Positions 39,862 to 51,028 of a DNA stretch of 64,000 nt are shown here, piece by piece. The notes under the pieces were generated by a model that saw nothing but the letters and a program-made list of their open reading frames with translations, did not search any database and had not been told where the DNA came from. Source of the DNA: Candidatus Omnitrophota bacterium (GTDB lineage: Bacteria; Omnitrophota; Omnitrophia; Omnitrophales; JACROU01); contig JAJDCD010000004.1 of the NCBI GenBank assembly GCA_029261035.1, positions 68,765-132,764 of the forward strand, given 5' to 3'. Position 1 is the first letter of the stretch. Every line of letters starts with the position of its first letter. Both the position numbers and the translations under genes were made by a program.

Positions 39862-40480
39862 CGCTTCCCCACGGTTTATACAAATTATGATTAACATCAA
39901 AACTATCTAAAATTTTACCCACAACAAAATCGATCAAATCATTAATATTTTTTGGTTTATGATAAAACCCTGGATTTGCTGGCAACACGGTAACGCCTAA
40001 TCTAGATAGTTTTAACATATTTTCTAAATGAATAGCACTAAAAGGAGTTTCTCTAGGAACAATCAAGAGTTTTCTACCTTCTTTAAGAGTCACATCGGCA
40101 GAACGAGAAATAAGATTGGATGAAATTCCGTTAGCAACTTCTGCCAACGTATTCATAGATGTTGGGCAAATAATCATCCCCCGTGTCTTAAAGGTCCCAC
40201 TGGCACTTTTTGCACTAACATCTCGATAACGGACCAGCTCTATTCTTTCTGCTATTTCTTTCGAAAATAATGATTCTAAAAATTCTGGAGTTTCCTGTGG
40301 TGGGAGTTCTAAATCCATTTCTTTCTCAAATACAAGTCGCGCATGAGGTGACATCATAAATATAACAGGCTCGCTTTGTTCTGCCAAAACGCGAACCAAA
40401 CGCAACCCGTACTGCAACCCACTCGCTCCTGTTAACGCAACAATAATAGGATCTTTTTTCACTCTCAACTCCCTCTTCAT
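39815..40480 (-). CDS. ubiX: Flavin prenyltransferase UbiX (prenylated-FMN synthase)
   Basis: 221 aa. Flavoprotein motif IIVALTGASG, UbiX/Pad1 family. Partners the adjacent UbiD-family gene. Confidence 0.85.
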   Translation of the reverse strand: MKRELRVKKDPIIVALTGASGLQYGLRLVRVLAEQSEPVIFMMSPHARLVFEKEMDLELPPQETPEFLESLFSKEIAERIELVRYRDVSAKSASGTFKTRGMIICPTSMNTLAEVANGISSNLISRSADVTLKEGRKLLIVPRETPFSAIHLENMLKLSRLGVTVLPANPGFYHKPKNINDLIDFVVGKILDSFDVNHNLYKPWGSDEEFVEELQTQKNYR

Positions 40481-40492
40481 AGAAGGTTTATA

Positions 40493-41350
40493 TTAAAATA
40501 TTAAATCCAAAAACGTACTGACTAATAAGATTAAACTAAAACATACATTAGGAATAAAAAATATTTTTGGGATAAATGACAGGTTATGCCCTCTCACCTG
40601 AAATTGCTGCTGAAATATTAAAATACCCGCAACAACAAAACCCACCCAATAATATACACCTAAATGATTCATTGAGCCTAAAACAAAAAGGCTAATCAGA
40701 GTAATTCCTTGAAACAAGCTGGATACTCTTAGACTGATCGTTTTCCCAAAACGAGAAGGAAGAGAAAAAAGCCCTTCCCTACGATCAAATCCTTCATCCT
40801 GCAAAGAGTAAATTATATCAAATCCTGCAACCCAAAATAAGACTGCTATAACGAGTGGCACAGGATACCAAGAAAAGCTCCCCTCTGACGCTATCCATCC
40901 TCCCATAGGAGAAATAGCCAAAATAGACCCTAAATAGAGATGTGTCCCCCACGTGAAACGCTTGAAAAGTGGGTAGGTACAGACCATAAACAAAGGAATG
41001 AAGGACAGCAGCAAACAGAGCTTATTTAATGCAAATACAGAGTAAAAATAAAACCCACAGCAAGAAATTAAACAGCAGAGTAAAAACTGCTTAGATATTA
41101 AACCCTGCGACAAAGGCCATATGGAAGTTCTTGGATTCTTTTGATCATAGCGAATATCTAATAAACGGTTCATGATCATTCCAACAGTTCTTAAACTAAC
41201 CATGGCCACCGTAACCCAAATAAATATGTGCAGCCTTGGCCAGCCCCCTTCCGCTAGTACCAAACCTAAGTAGGCAAAAGGAAGAGCAAATAACGTATGC
41301 TCAAACTTAATTGTTTCTAAAAAAAGTTTTAGCTGGTTCATTTGAATCAA
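40493..41350 (-). CDS. UbiA-family polyprenyltransferase (MqnP-like, menaquinone branch)
   Basis: 285 aa polytopic membrane protein with UbiA-type Asp-rich regions (DIRYD..., DxxxD-like FDIIYSLQDEGFD). Confidence 0.7.
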   Translation of the reverse strand: MIQMNQLKLFLETIKFEHTLFALPFAYLGLVLAEGGWPRLHIFIWVTVAMVSLRTVGMIMNRLLDIRYDQKNPRTSIWPLSQGLISKQFLLCCLISCCGFYFYSVFALNKLCLLLSFIPLFMVCTYPLFKRFTWGTHLYLGSILAISPMGGWIASEGSFSWYPVPLVIAVLFWVAGFDIIYSLQDEGFDRREGLFSLPSRFGKTISLRVSSLFQGITLISLFVLGSMNHLGVYYWVGFVVAGILIFQQQFQVRGHNLSFIPKIFFIPNVCFSLILLVSTFLDLIF

Positions 41351-42811
41351 CTACTTCAACTTTCCATTAAAACCATACTCACTCCAACGATCCGTAATCT
41401 TTTGCTGAATCTCTTCGGACATCTTCATTTCTTCAGGCCAATCTCTCAACATCCCTTCTTCAGGAAGTTTATGAGTGACATCTACCCCCATTTTCCCACC
41501 CCATAGATGTTGGGATGCAGAGTGATCGAGTTCATCCACTGGCCCTTCAGAAAAAACGATATCCCGCTTGGGATCCACATTCGCAAAAACCTTAAAAGCA
41601 ACTTCTTTCAGGTCATGAATATTAGTGTCATGATCAAAAACAAAAACAAATTTAGAAAACATGAGCTGTCCCAAACCCCAGATCGAATTCATCATTTTCT
41701 TAGCTTGATTCGGATAAGTCTTTTTAATGGATACTAAAATACAATTATGAAAAACCCCTTCCCAGGGTAAATGGATATCTACCACCTCAGGAAGAATCTT
41801 CCGAAGCATCGGAATAAAAATACGTTCTGTTGCCTTCCCTAGATAACAATCTTCCATAGGCGGCTTACCGACTATCGTTGTCATGTAAACAGGGTTTTTT
41901 CTATGAGTCATACATGTAATATGAAACGCTGGAAAATCCTTTGCTGGCGAGTAATATCCTGTATGGTCCCCAAAAGGCCCTTCTTCACGAAGGTCATCCA
42001 AATCCACATAACCTTCCAAGACAAACTCACTCTCTGCCGGAACTTCTAAATCTACGGTTTTACATTTAACGAGCTCTAAAGGTTTTTTTCTCAGAAAACC
42101 AGCAAACATAAACTCGTCGATATCTTTGGGAAGAGGTGCTGTTGCCGAATATACGGTAATAGGATCTGCTCCTATAGCCACCGCCACAGGCATTTGTTTA
42201 CTCTTCGCATCCTTTAAATTTCTAAAATGCTCTGCTCCATCTTTATGAATCTGCCAATGCATCCCCGTTGTTTTATTATCAAACACCTGCATACGATACA
42301 TGCCGACATTTCTATTTCCAGAAATAGGATCTTTAGAAATTACCAAAGGAAGTGTAATGAATTTACCTGCATCCTTAGGCCAACATTGAATCACAGGTAA
42401 TAGGTCTAACATAGGCCCCTCTTTAATGACAACCTCTTGACAAGGAGCTGAAGAAACAATTTTTGGAGTCGCTTTGGAAAGTTCAATAGCTTTAGGTAAA
42501 AGCCTCAATTTGTCCATCAAGGTTTCAGGAGTTTTAACTTGAGTAAAATCCTCTAAACGATCGGAGATTTCTTCATAAGCCTCAACACCTAAGGCCCCTA
42601 GCATCCGATTATGAGAAGCGAAAGTGTTTATAAGTAAAGGAAAAGAACTCCCTTTAACCTTTTCGAAATAAAGAGCGGGACCATCCTTCTTAACCACACG
42701 ATCCGCAATTTCAGTGACTTCTAAAATAGGGTCTACTTCTGCGGCAACGGTATGCAATTCGCCTAGCTTTTTAATGTGTTCAATATAATCACGCAGATTT
42801 TGAAATGCCAT
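41351..42811 (-). CDS. UbiD-family prFMN-dependent decarboxylase (MqnL-like)
   Basis: 486 aa. UbiD family conservation. Adjacent to ubiX and the UbiA-family gene. Confidence 0.8.
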   Translation of the reverse strand: MAFQNLRDYIEHIKKLGELHTVAAEVDPILEVTEIADRVVKKDGPALYFEKVKGSSFPLLINTFASHNRMLGALGVEAYEEISDRLEDFTQVKTPETLMDKLRLLPKAIELSKATPKIVSSAPCQEVVIKEGPMLDLLPVIQCWPKDAGKFITLPLVISKDPISGNRNVGMYRMQVFDNKTTGMHWQIHKDGAEHFRNLKDAKSKQMPVAVAIGADPITVYSATAPLPKDIDEFMFAGFLRKKPLELVKCKTVDLEVPAESEFVLEGYVDLDDLREEGPFGDHTGYYSPAKDFPAFHITCMTHRKNPVYMTTIVGKPPMEDCYLGKATERIFIPMLRKILPEVVDIHLPWEGVFHNCILVSIKKTYPNQAKKMMNSIWGLGQLMFSKFVFVFDHDTNIHDLKEVAFKVFANVDPKRDIVFSEGPVDELDHSASQHLWGGKMGVDVTHKLPEEGMLRDWPEEMKMSEEIQQKITDRWSEYGFNGKLK

Positions 42812-42878
42812 CAGGTCTCCTTAATAAAGACAGTGTGGAACCATAGAAAGGTTATATGTAAAAGAGGTATATTACTGG

Positions 42879-42926
42879 AAAAAAAGAGGTCAGGCTACTT
42901 TATTATTAATCTGAAAAAAGTAGCCT
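42879..42926 (-). terminator. Rho-independent terminator downstream of the TPR gene
   Basis: 8-bp stem aggctact/agtagcct (42893-42926) with a minus-strand T-run (plus-strand A7 at 42878-42888). Confidence 0.5.
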
Positions 42927-42937
42927 GTTCCCTTTAA

Positions 42938-44020
42938 TTATTCGCTAATTGCTGGTGTAGACTGAGGGGACGACTGCGGTGCTGGAATATTGTCAATCAG
43001 AGACTGAAAACCAGGCTCTTTTCTCAATTCCTCGAAATTCTTATCTTGTTTTACTAATTGAGCTAGATTAGGGTCTTGTCTTAAAGCAATCCCCAACTTC
43101 TGAATTGCTTCTATATTCTTACCTTGCGCGGCCAATACCGCTCCTAACCCATAATTCGCCTGAGCTGATCCTGGCTCAATCTCTAAGCTTTTGATATAAC
43201 TAGCAATAGATTGCTCCATATCCTTAGACAGAAAATAAGCTTCCCCCATATTTTGATAAGCAATGCTATATTTAGAATTTATCTCAACAGCTTGAGTATA
43301 ATATTCTATAGCTCTCATGTAATCTTTTTTTCCGTTCGCATAAGCGACACCTAAATTATTATAAGCTGAAGCAATCTGTGGATTAATTTCAATAGACTTC
43401 AAAGCAAACTGAATAGCATTATCATAATCTTTTTCAAAAATACTGATCACTGCAAGATCATTGTAGGCATTCGCATTAGGACTAATATCAACAGCCGTTC
43501 TTAAATAACGGTGAGCTGACAAATAATCTTTCTGAAGAATAAACATCCGTCCTATTCTTAAAAAATCGGAAACAAATCGAGGTGAGTGATTTGAAAGTTC
43601 ATAAAACATTTCACTAGCCTTAACTGTACGCCCTTGAAGCAAAAGAAGAACACCGGCATTATAATAAGAGCGAGAGAATTCAGGATCAATCTCAATCGCT
43701 TTAAGATACGATGCTACCGCTTCATCAATCTTCTGCTGTCTCTCAAACAAACTCCCCTTTAAAAAATGAATTGAAGCAGAGTTTGGATTCATTTGCATAC
43801 AATCTGCTATAAGAACCTCTGCTAACTGCACATCTCCATCAGAAATTGCCTGTATCGTATACAACAACTTTCGTTCAAATTCTTTAGATTCATCCGCATA
43901 CAACACACTTCCCACCGACTGAACTATTAGAAAACTAAAAAAGAACAAAGGGACTATTAAAAATTTAAAATAACGACTCATAAGAACTCTCCTTTTCTTA
44001 ACCCTAAATTGTTTAAACAT
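42938..44020 (-). CDS. Secreted TPR repeat protein
   Basis: 360 aa. Signal peptide/TM, then 8+ TPR motifs (AYNNLGVAY, AYQNMGEAY ...). Confidence 0.6.
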   Translation of the reverse strand: MFKQFRVKKRRVLMSRYFKFLIVPLFFFSFLIVQSVGSVLYADESKEFERKLLYTIQAISDGDVQLAEVLIADCMQMNPNSASIHFLKGSLFERQQKIDEAVASYLKAIEIDPEFSRSYYNAGVLLLLQGRTVKASEMFYELSNHSPRFVSDFLRIGRMFILQKDYLSAHRYLRTAVDISPNANAYNDLAVISIFEKDYDNAIQFALKSIEINPQIASAYNNLGVAYANGKKDYMRAIEYYTQAVEINSKYSIAYQNMGEAYFLSKDMEQSIASYIKSLEIEPGSAQANYGLGAVLAAQGKNIEAIQKLGIALRQDPNLAQLVKQDKNFEELRKEPGFQSLIDNIPAPQSSPQSTPAISE

Positions 44021-44051
44021 TTGGGTTACAATCTATTAACAAAATACACAA

Positions 44052-44396
44052 CTAAACTCTAAGACGATTCACCTTACGTTCTAATCGGTCCAGCCGATCC
44101 ATTTTTCTTTCTAAATCATCCACCTTCGAAAGTCTATTTTCCATCCTTTGTAGACGCTCTACTTGGTTAGATATTCGATTCATTTTTCTTTCCAAGCTGT
44201 CCATTTGACTCTTCATTCTTTTCAAACGGTAGTCAAAATTATTCATTTTTTGAGACTGATTACTTCGATTTCTAATCTGCTCTGCTGCTAGAGCTTCAAG
44301 ATCTGTATCTTGAGCATAAACTAAATTGGAATTACTAACAAATACAACAGTAAATAACAATAGATAAAAATAAGCTCTCATTACACCCCCTCGCAA
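44052..44396 (-). CDS. Small secreted coiled-coil repeat protein
   Basis: 114 aa. Signal peptide. Internal LERKM(D/N)RL... repeats, also visible as DNA repeats (catttttctttc twice). Strong RBS GAGGGGG. Confidence 0.45.
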   Translation of the reverse strand: MRGGVMRAYFYLLLFTVVFVSNSNLVYAQDTDLEALAAEQIRNRSNQSQKMNNFDYRLKRMKSQMDSLERKMNRISNQVERLQRMENRLSKVDDLERKMDRLDRLERKVNRLRV

Positions 44397-44571
44397 TTAT
44401 AGATGCCACCTTATACTTTCGACTTATTTGAGATTAATATTTAATTTTAATTCATTTTTACCTTATTTTCTAATTTAGGATTTAACTGTATTTCTGCAGA
44501 AAAATTAATATGCAGAGTTACTAATGAATCATCCTAGACGACCCCTAGAGGGGGGGGGTTATTACTGACAC

Positions 44572-44607
44572 AAAAAAAGCCCTCAACACTGGGGTTGAGG
44601 GCTTTTT
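44572..44607. terminator. Bidirectional rho-independent terminator (rpsU 3' end)
   Basis: A7 run, 9-bp GC-rich stem gccctcaac/gttgagggc (44579-44602), then T5. Serves rpsU on the minus strand. Confidence 0.7.
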
Positions 44608-44623
44608 ATTAAATTACAATTTC

Positions 44624-44827
44624 TTACATCTTCTTATCTATAAAAACCTGTGCTTTTTTAGCTCGACTCTTTCGCACAGTTCTTTCTCTTCTCAAACGAT
44701 CCGATCTTTTTTCATAACGCAAAGATCTTTTGTGTTCTTCTATCACCCCTGCCTTTTTCATCTTTGTTTTAAACTTCTTTAGTGCAAGTTCGATAGGTTG
44801 ACCTTCTTGAACATAGACTTTAACCAC
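44624..44827 (-). CDS. rpsU: 30S ribosomal protein S21
   Basis: 67 aa. Highly basic. MVKVYVQEGQPIELALKKFK... classic bS21. Confidence 0.9.
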   Translation of the reverse strand: MVKVYVQEGQPIELALKKFKTKMKKAGVIEEHKRSLRYEKRSDRLRRERTVRKSRAKKAQVFIDKKM

Positions 44828-44904
44828 AAATACTCACCACCCTTTAATATAGATTCACTCTCACTAGAATCCTAACTGATGGTTTTGCGAGTGTCAAACT
44901 CATC

Positions 44905-45798
44905 TCATCCTCTAGGGTGAAATTGGGTGTGAATTCCTTTGAGACGGTCTTTGGAAACATGCGTATATATTTGAGTTGTGCTGATATCTGCGTGCCCCAA
45001 GAGTTCTTGAACAATTCTAAGATCTGCCCCACCTTCAAGCAAATGTGTGGCAAATGAATGGCGAAATGTATGTGGGGTTATTCTCTTCTTAAGATGCGCT
45101 TCCTTCGTGTACTTTTTAATAATTTTCCAAAACGATTGTCGGGTTAGCTTTTTTCCCTGACGATTCAGAAACAACTCAGATGAAGGAGACTTAACCTTAC
45201 TTCGGATATGTTTAATATAACTTTGAATAACCTCATTCGCTATTCGACCTAACGGGATCATTCTCTCCTTCCCCCCTTTACCCATACACTTCAAAATTGA
45301 AGCTTCAAAATTAAGATCCGCTAATTTTAAATTAACAATCTCTGATACACGCATCCCTGTAGCATAAAACAGCTCTAGAATAGCTCTGTCACGCACTTTC
45401 TTACGAGAACCACCCGAAGTAGCTTTAATCATCTTTTCAACCTCGACAAAGGATAAAAAGTCCGGTAGCTTTTTCCATGTTTTCGGAGATTCCAAAGTGG
45501 AAGTAATGTCTTTTTTTAAATAACGCTCTCGAACTAGAAAACGATGAAAAATCTTTACAGACACAAGGTGTCTCGCTATAGATGTCGTAGCTAAACCTTT
45601 ATTCTTTAGCTCCATTAAAAAAGCATGAATTTTTTGAGGGTTTACTTTTTCCAATTCGACTAATTTACTTTTTCTTAAAAAAGTCACATAATCCCGGAGA
45701 TCTCTTTGATAAGCCATTAAACTATTTTTAGCCAATAACTTCTCAACAGAAAGATATTCCATAAAAAGTTGTATATAAGAATCCAACCGATCAGCCAT
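44905..45798 (-). CDS. xerD: Tyrosine recombinase XerD/XerC family
   Basis: 297 aa. RHRY catalytic residues (HTFRHSFATHLL...LGHADISTTQIYTHV). 8 bp downstream of ligA. Confidence 0.8.
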   Translation of the reverse strand: MADRLDSYIQLFMEYLSVEKLLAKNSLMAYQRDLRDYVTFLRKSKLVELEKVNPQKIHAFLMELKNKGLATTSIARHLVSVKIFHRFLVRERYLKKDITSTLESPKTWKKLPDFLSFVEVEKMIKATSGGSRKKVRDRAILELFYATGMRVSEIVNLKLADLNFEASILKCMGKGGKERMIPLGRIANEVIQSYIKHIRSKVKSPSSELFLNRQGKKLTRQSFWKIIKKYTKEAHLKKRITPHTFRHSFATHLLEGGADLRIVQELLGHADISTTQIYTHVSKDRLKGIHTQFHPRG

Positions 45799-45806
45799 AA
45801 TGTTCC

Positions 45807-47864
<2,058 letters not shown>

Positions 47865-47931
47865 TTACCAGCTTTGAGGGGAATCGATCGGATAAATATG
47901 GGGGTGTGTAGAGCACACACCCCCAATAAAA

Positions 47932-50250
47932 CTATTTTGCTGCAGCTTCTGTTTCCACTTCAATATTCTTACCGTAAGATTCACCTCGTTTGTTCAAATA
48001 AACAGCTAAGGCAAGAGCTGCAGCCATAGCTAACACAACCCCAGAACGTTGCATAGTAGAAATATCTTGAATAGCCAAAGGTGCGATTAAGATAGCCACC
48101 AAGTTCATCACTTTAATCAATGGATTAAGAGCAGGGCCTGCTGTATCTTTAAATGGATCTCCTATCGTATCGCAAATAATCCCTGCCTTATGAATCTCAC
48201 TTCCTTTTCCACCTAAATAACCTTCTTCTATCCGTTTTTTACCATTATCCCATGCACCACCAGCATTAGACAACATCACAGCCATCAGTTGTCCCGTCAA
48301 AATAGCTCCTGCTAAATAGCCTCCTAAAGCAGCCGCTCCTTCTAAGGGTTTGCTAAAACCTAACCCAAAAGCAACCAAAATAGGGGTGCAAATGGCTAGG
48401 ATACCTGGTGCAATTAATTCCCTCTGAGCAGCACCCGTCACAATTTCTACACAGCGAGAGTAATCTGGTTTTGACTTCCCTTGAAGCAAACCTGGAATTT
48501 CTTTAAATTGCCGTCTAACTTCTTCCACAACCATAAAAGCAGAACGCCCCACAGCTCGAATAGCAAATGCTGAAAATAAAAATGGAACTGCCCCGCCAAT
48601 TAAGAACCCAATAAAAACAGTAGGAAGATTAATTTGAATTCCAATTCCAGTTAATCCAACTTCGTCAATGTAGGAACCAAAAAGCGAGACCGCGGCAATG
48701 ACAGCTGTCGCAATTGCAAATCCTTTCGTTAACGCTTTTGTTGTATTTCCAACAGCATCCAGCTTTGCTACAATTTTATGAGCATGTGTATTCTCAGAAC
48801 CATCCTCATTTTTAAGGGCTCCAGACATTTCAAATACCCCATTGGCATTATCCGAAATAGGCCCGAAGGTATCCATTGCAAGAATAAAACCCGTCGTAGT
48901 CAACAGACCTAACCCAGACAATGCAACACCATAAGCACTTAAAGCAAGACTACCTTCGAAAATAAGATAGGAACTAAAAATGGTAAGCGCAATAGCAACA
49001 ATACTCCAAACACTGCTTTCCAAACCAAGAGCAAACCCACTCAGAACCATTGTTGCCGGCCCTGACTTAGCCGAGTCTGCAACTTCTTCTACAGGCTTTT
49101 TGTCTACGGAAGTAAAATACTCCGTTAAATGACTGATGACAAGCGCTAGAATAATTCCTATGAGAGTCGCAAAAAAGAAACGATAATCTGGTTTACCATC
49201 AGGTCCATGAAGATAAAAATAATTAACGAAGAAAAAACTTATTGTTGAAACAACTGCAGCAACCCAGAAACCAAAATTAATCGGTTTCATTGGATCGAAG
49301 TTCTCTTCATCTTTACCTTTAACTGCCATTGTTCCAATAATACTAGCAAACACCCCTGATGCACGTACAAGCAATGGATAAATAATCAATTTAAGTGCCA
49401 TCGCAGAAGCTGCTGTAATCCCACCGTAAGTAGCCACAAACTCTGGATCTAATAATGTCGCAGCTCCCAAAATAATTGCTGCCACTAGAGTAACTTCATA
49501 GCTTTCAAAAACATCTGCAGCCATTCCAGCACAATCCCCTACATTGTCCCCAACGTTATCTGCAATAGTTGCAGCATTACGAGGATCATCTTCAGGAATG
49601 TTGTTTTCTACTTTACCTACAAGATCAGCTCCAACATCTGCAGCTTTCGTAAAAATACCTCCACCCACACGCATGAAAAGAGCAACAAGACATCCTCCAA
49701 AACCAAAACCAATTAAAACTTTCATAGCGTGTTCACCAAAAATCAAAAAGATAACGGTCGCACCCACAAGACCCAAACCAACAGTAAACATACCAGACAC
49801 AGTTCCTGCTTGAAAAGCAAGCTCCAAAGCTTCTTTAAAACTTTTAAGAGCCGCATTGGCCACACGACAATTCGCTCGAACAGCTAAACTCATACCTAAA
49901 TAACCTGCTCCACCCGATGCCAAACAACCAAATAAAAACGCGATAGATACACCCCAAGGAATTTGAGGCAAATCTACATACATGGGTTTATAAGCAAAGT
50001 AAAGTATCACAGCTAAAGCTGCAATAAAAATACCCATAACAGAAAATTGTCTAAAGAGATATCCTCGAGATCCATCTTGAATCGCCTTAGAAACATCTAC
50101 CATTTCTGGTGATCCAGGGTCTGCTTTCATAACTTTTCTGGCTAAATAAGCACCATAAACAAGACCAACAAATGCAGAAAATAAAACAAACCATAGAAGA
50201 GCAACTTCTGTGGCCCCTAATGGAGGTAGTGTAATTGCGTGTTCGCTCAT
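47932..50250 (-). CDS. hppA: Membrane-bound proton-translocating pyrophosphatase, K+-independent type
   Basis: 772 aa polytopic. H+-PPase motifs (GGIFTKAADVGADLVGKVE, DNVGDNVGD). GNTTKA (Lys rather than Ala) indicates the K+-independent subtype per established knowledge. Confidence 0.9.
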   Translation of the reverse strand: MSEHAITLPPLGATEVALLWFVLFSAFVGLVYGAYLARKVMKADPGSPEMVDVSKAIQDGSRGYLFRQFSVMGIFIAALAVILYFAYKPMYVDLPQIPWGVSIAFLFGCLASGGAGYLGMSLAVRANCRVANAALKSFKEALELAFQAGTVSGMFTVGLGLVGATVIFLIFGEHAMKVLIGFGFGGCLVALFMRVGGGIFTKAADVGADLVGKVENNIPEDDPRNAATIADNVGDNVGDCAGMAADVFESYEVTLVAAIILGAATLLDPEFVATYGGITAASAMALKLIIYPLLVRASGVFASIIGTMAVKGKDEENFDPMKPINFGFWVAAVVSTISFFFVNYFYLHGPDGKPDYRFFFATLIGIILALVISHLTEYFTSVDKKPVEEVADSAKSGPATMVLSGFALGLESSVWSIVAIALTIFSSYLIFEGSLALSAYGVALSGLGLLTTTGFILAMDTFGPISDNANGVFEMSGALKNEDGSENTHAHKIVAKLDAVGNTTKALTKGFAIATAVIAAVSLFGSYIDEVGLTGIGIQINLPTVFIGFLIGGAVPFLFSAFAIRAVGRSAFMVVEEVRRQFKEIPGLLQGKSKPDYSRCVEIVTGAAQRELIAPGILAICTPILVAFGLGFSKPLEGAAALGGYLAGAILTGQLMAVMLSNAGGAWDNGKKRIEEGYLGGKGSEIHKAGIICDTIGDPFKDTAGPALNPLIKVMNLVAILIAPLAIQDISTMQRSGVVLAMAAALALAVYLNKRGESYGKNIEVETEAAAK

Positions 50251-50419
50251 GTTTTCTCCTTTAAACTATTATTTAGTAAACGATGTCCTATAAAACCAAA
50301 CCCTAAATTGTTCGTACTTTAATATATCGGAAAATTAATAGAAATATTGAGGAGTATTACCTTATTTAGTAGAGATGAATAACTTAAACCTAATGCTTTG
50401 ATATAATGCTTTGTTCATT

Positions 50420-50497
50420 CGGGATGTAGCTCAGCTTGGCTAGAGCGCTTCGTTCGGGACGAAGAGGTCGGAGGTTCAAATCCCCCCATCCCGACCA
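50420..50497 (+). tRNA. tRNA-Pro (anticodon CGG)
   Basis: CGGGATGTAGCTCAGCTTGGCTAGAGCGCTTCGTTCGGGACGAAG... Cloverleaf with anticodon stem CTTCG/CGAAG, loop TTCGGGA. Closely parallels E. coli tRNA-Pro(CGG). CCA encoded. A 9-bp hairpin follows at 50498-50520. Confidence 0.85.
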
Positions 50498-50593
50498 TAC
50501 ACCACAAGGGTGTATGGCGGAGCCATACATATTATTATCAGGTATGAGCTCGTAAACTACGTAAAGTTTATAGCAAGCCTGCTCCATAAATTA

Positions 50594-51028
50594 TCAATGA
50601 AATTCCATCCTATCACCCACTATGATTCCATTTGTCTTAAACCAGCCTTGATTTACTTCTAAGGCATAACGCACATCTTCTGCAGATTTATGACGATCCA
50701 AAGACAAAGCTTCCATATCTTCAATTTGAGTAATAATCCCATCTTCATCTATAAAAGCAATACTTAATGGAATTAACGTATTCTTCATCCAAAACGAAAC
50801 TTTTCTTTCCGTTATAAAATCAAAAAGCATTCCTCGGTTCGGAGCAAGTTCTTTTCTATTTTGCAAACCCAAACTGCGCTCTTCTAAAGATCTTGCTATC
50901 TCAACTTCTAGACGAGTATCATTAATCGTAATTGTTTGAATCTCAAGATCAGACCGATTGTTTTGACTAAATGCGTAAAGAGGGTTTAAAGAAAGATTTA
51001 AAAATAGAATTAAAAAAAAGATTCTCAT
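50594..51028 (-). CDS. DUF192 (COG1430) family secreted protein
   Basis: 144 aa. Signal peptide. DUF192 hallmarks (GLQNRKEL, GMLFDF, FWMKNTLIPLSIAFID). Confidence 0.7.
   Translation of the reverse strand: MRIFFLILFLNLSLNPLYAFSQNNRSDLEIQTITINDTRLEVEIARSLEERSLGLQNRKELAPNRGMLFDFITERKVSFWMKNTLIPLSIAFIDEDGIITQIEDMEALSLDRHKSAEDVRYALEVNQGWFKTNGIIVGDRMEFH

Noticed and set aside
44052-44396. Possible CRISPR-like or tandem DNA repeats (catttttctttc recurring about 72 bp apart).
   Set aside because: The repeats lie inside a protein-coding frame and encode the LERKM(D/N)RL coiled-coil repeats. There is no spacer-repeat architecture and no cas genes. Not CRISPR.
44905-45798. XerD-family recombinase as a marker of an integrated mobile element.
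   Set aside because: It is flanked by core genes (ligA immediately upstream, rpsU downstream) with no att-like repeats, phage or transposon genes. Consistent with housekeeping dimer resolution.
50390-50587. 65-aa minus-strand ORF overlapping tRNA-Pro.
   Set aside because: It overlaps the tRNA gene and the divergent promoter region. No coding signal. Spurious.
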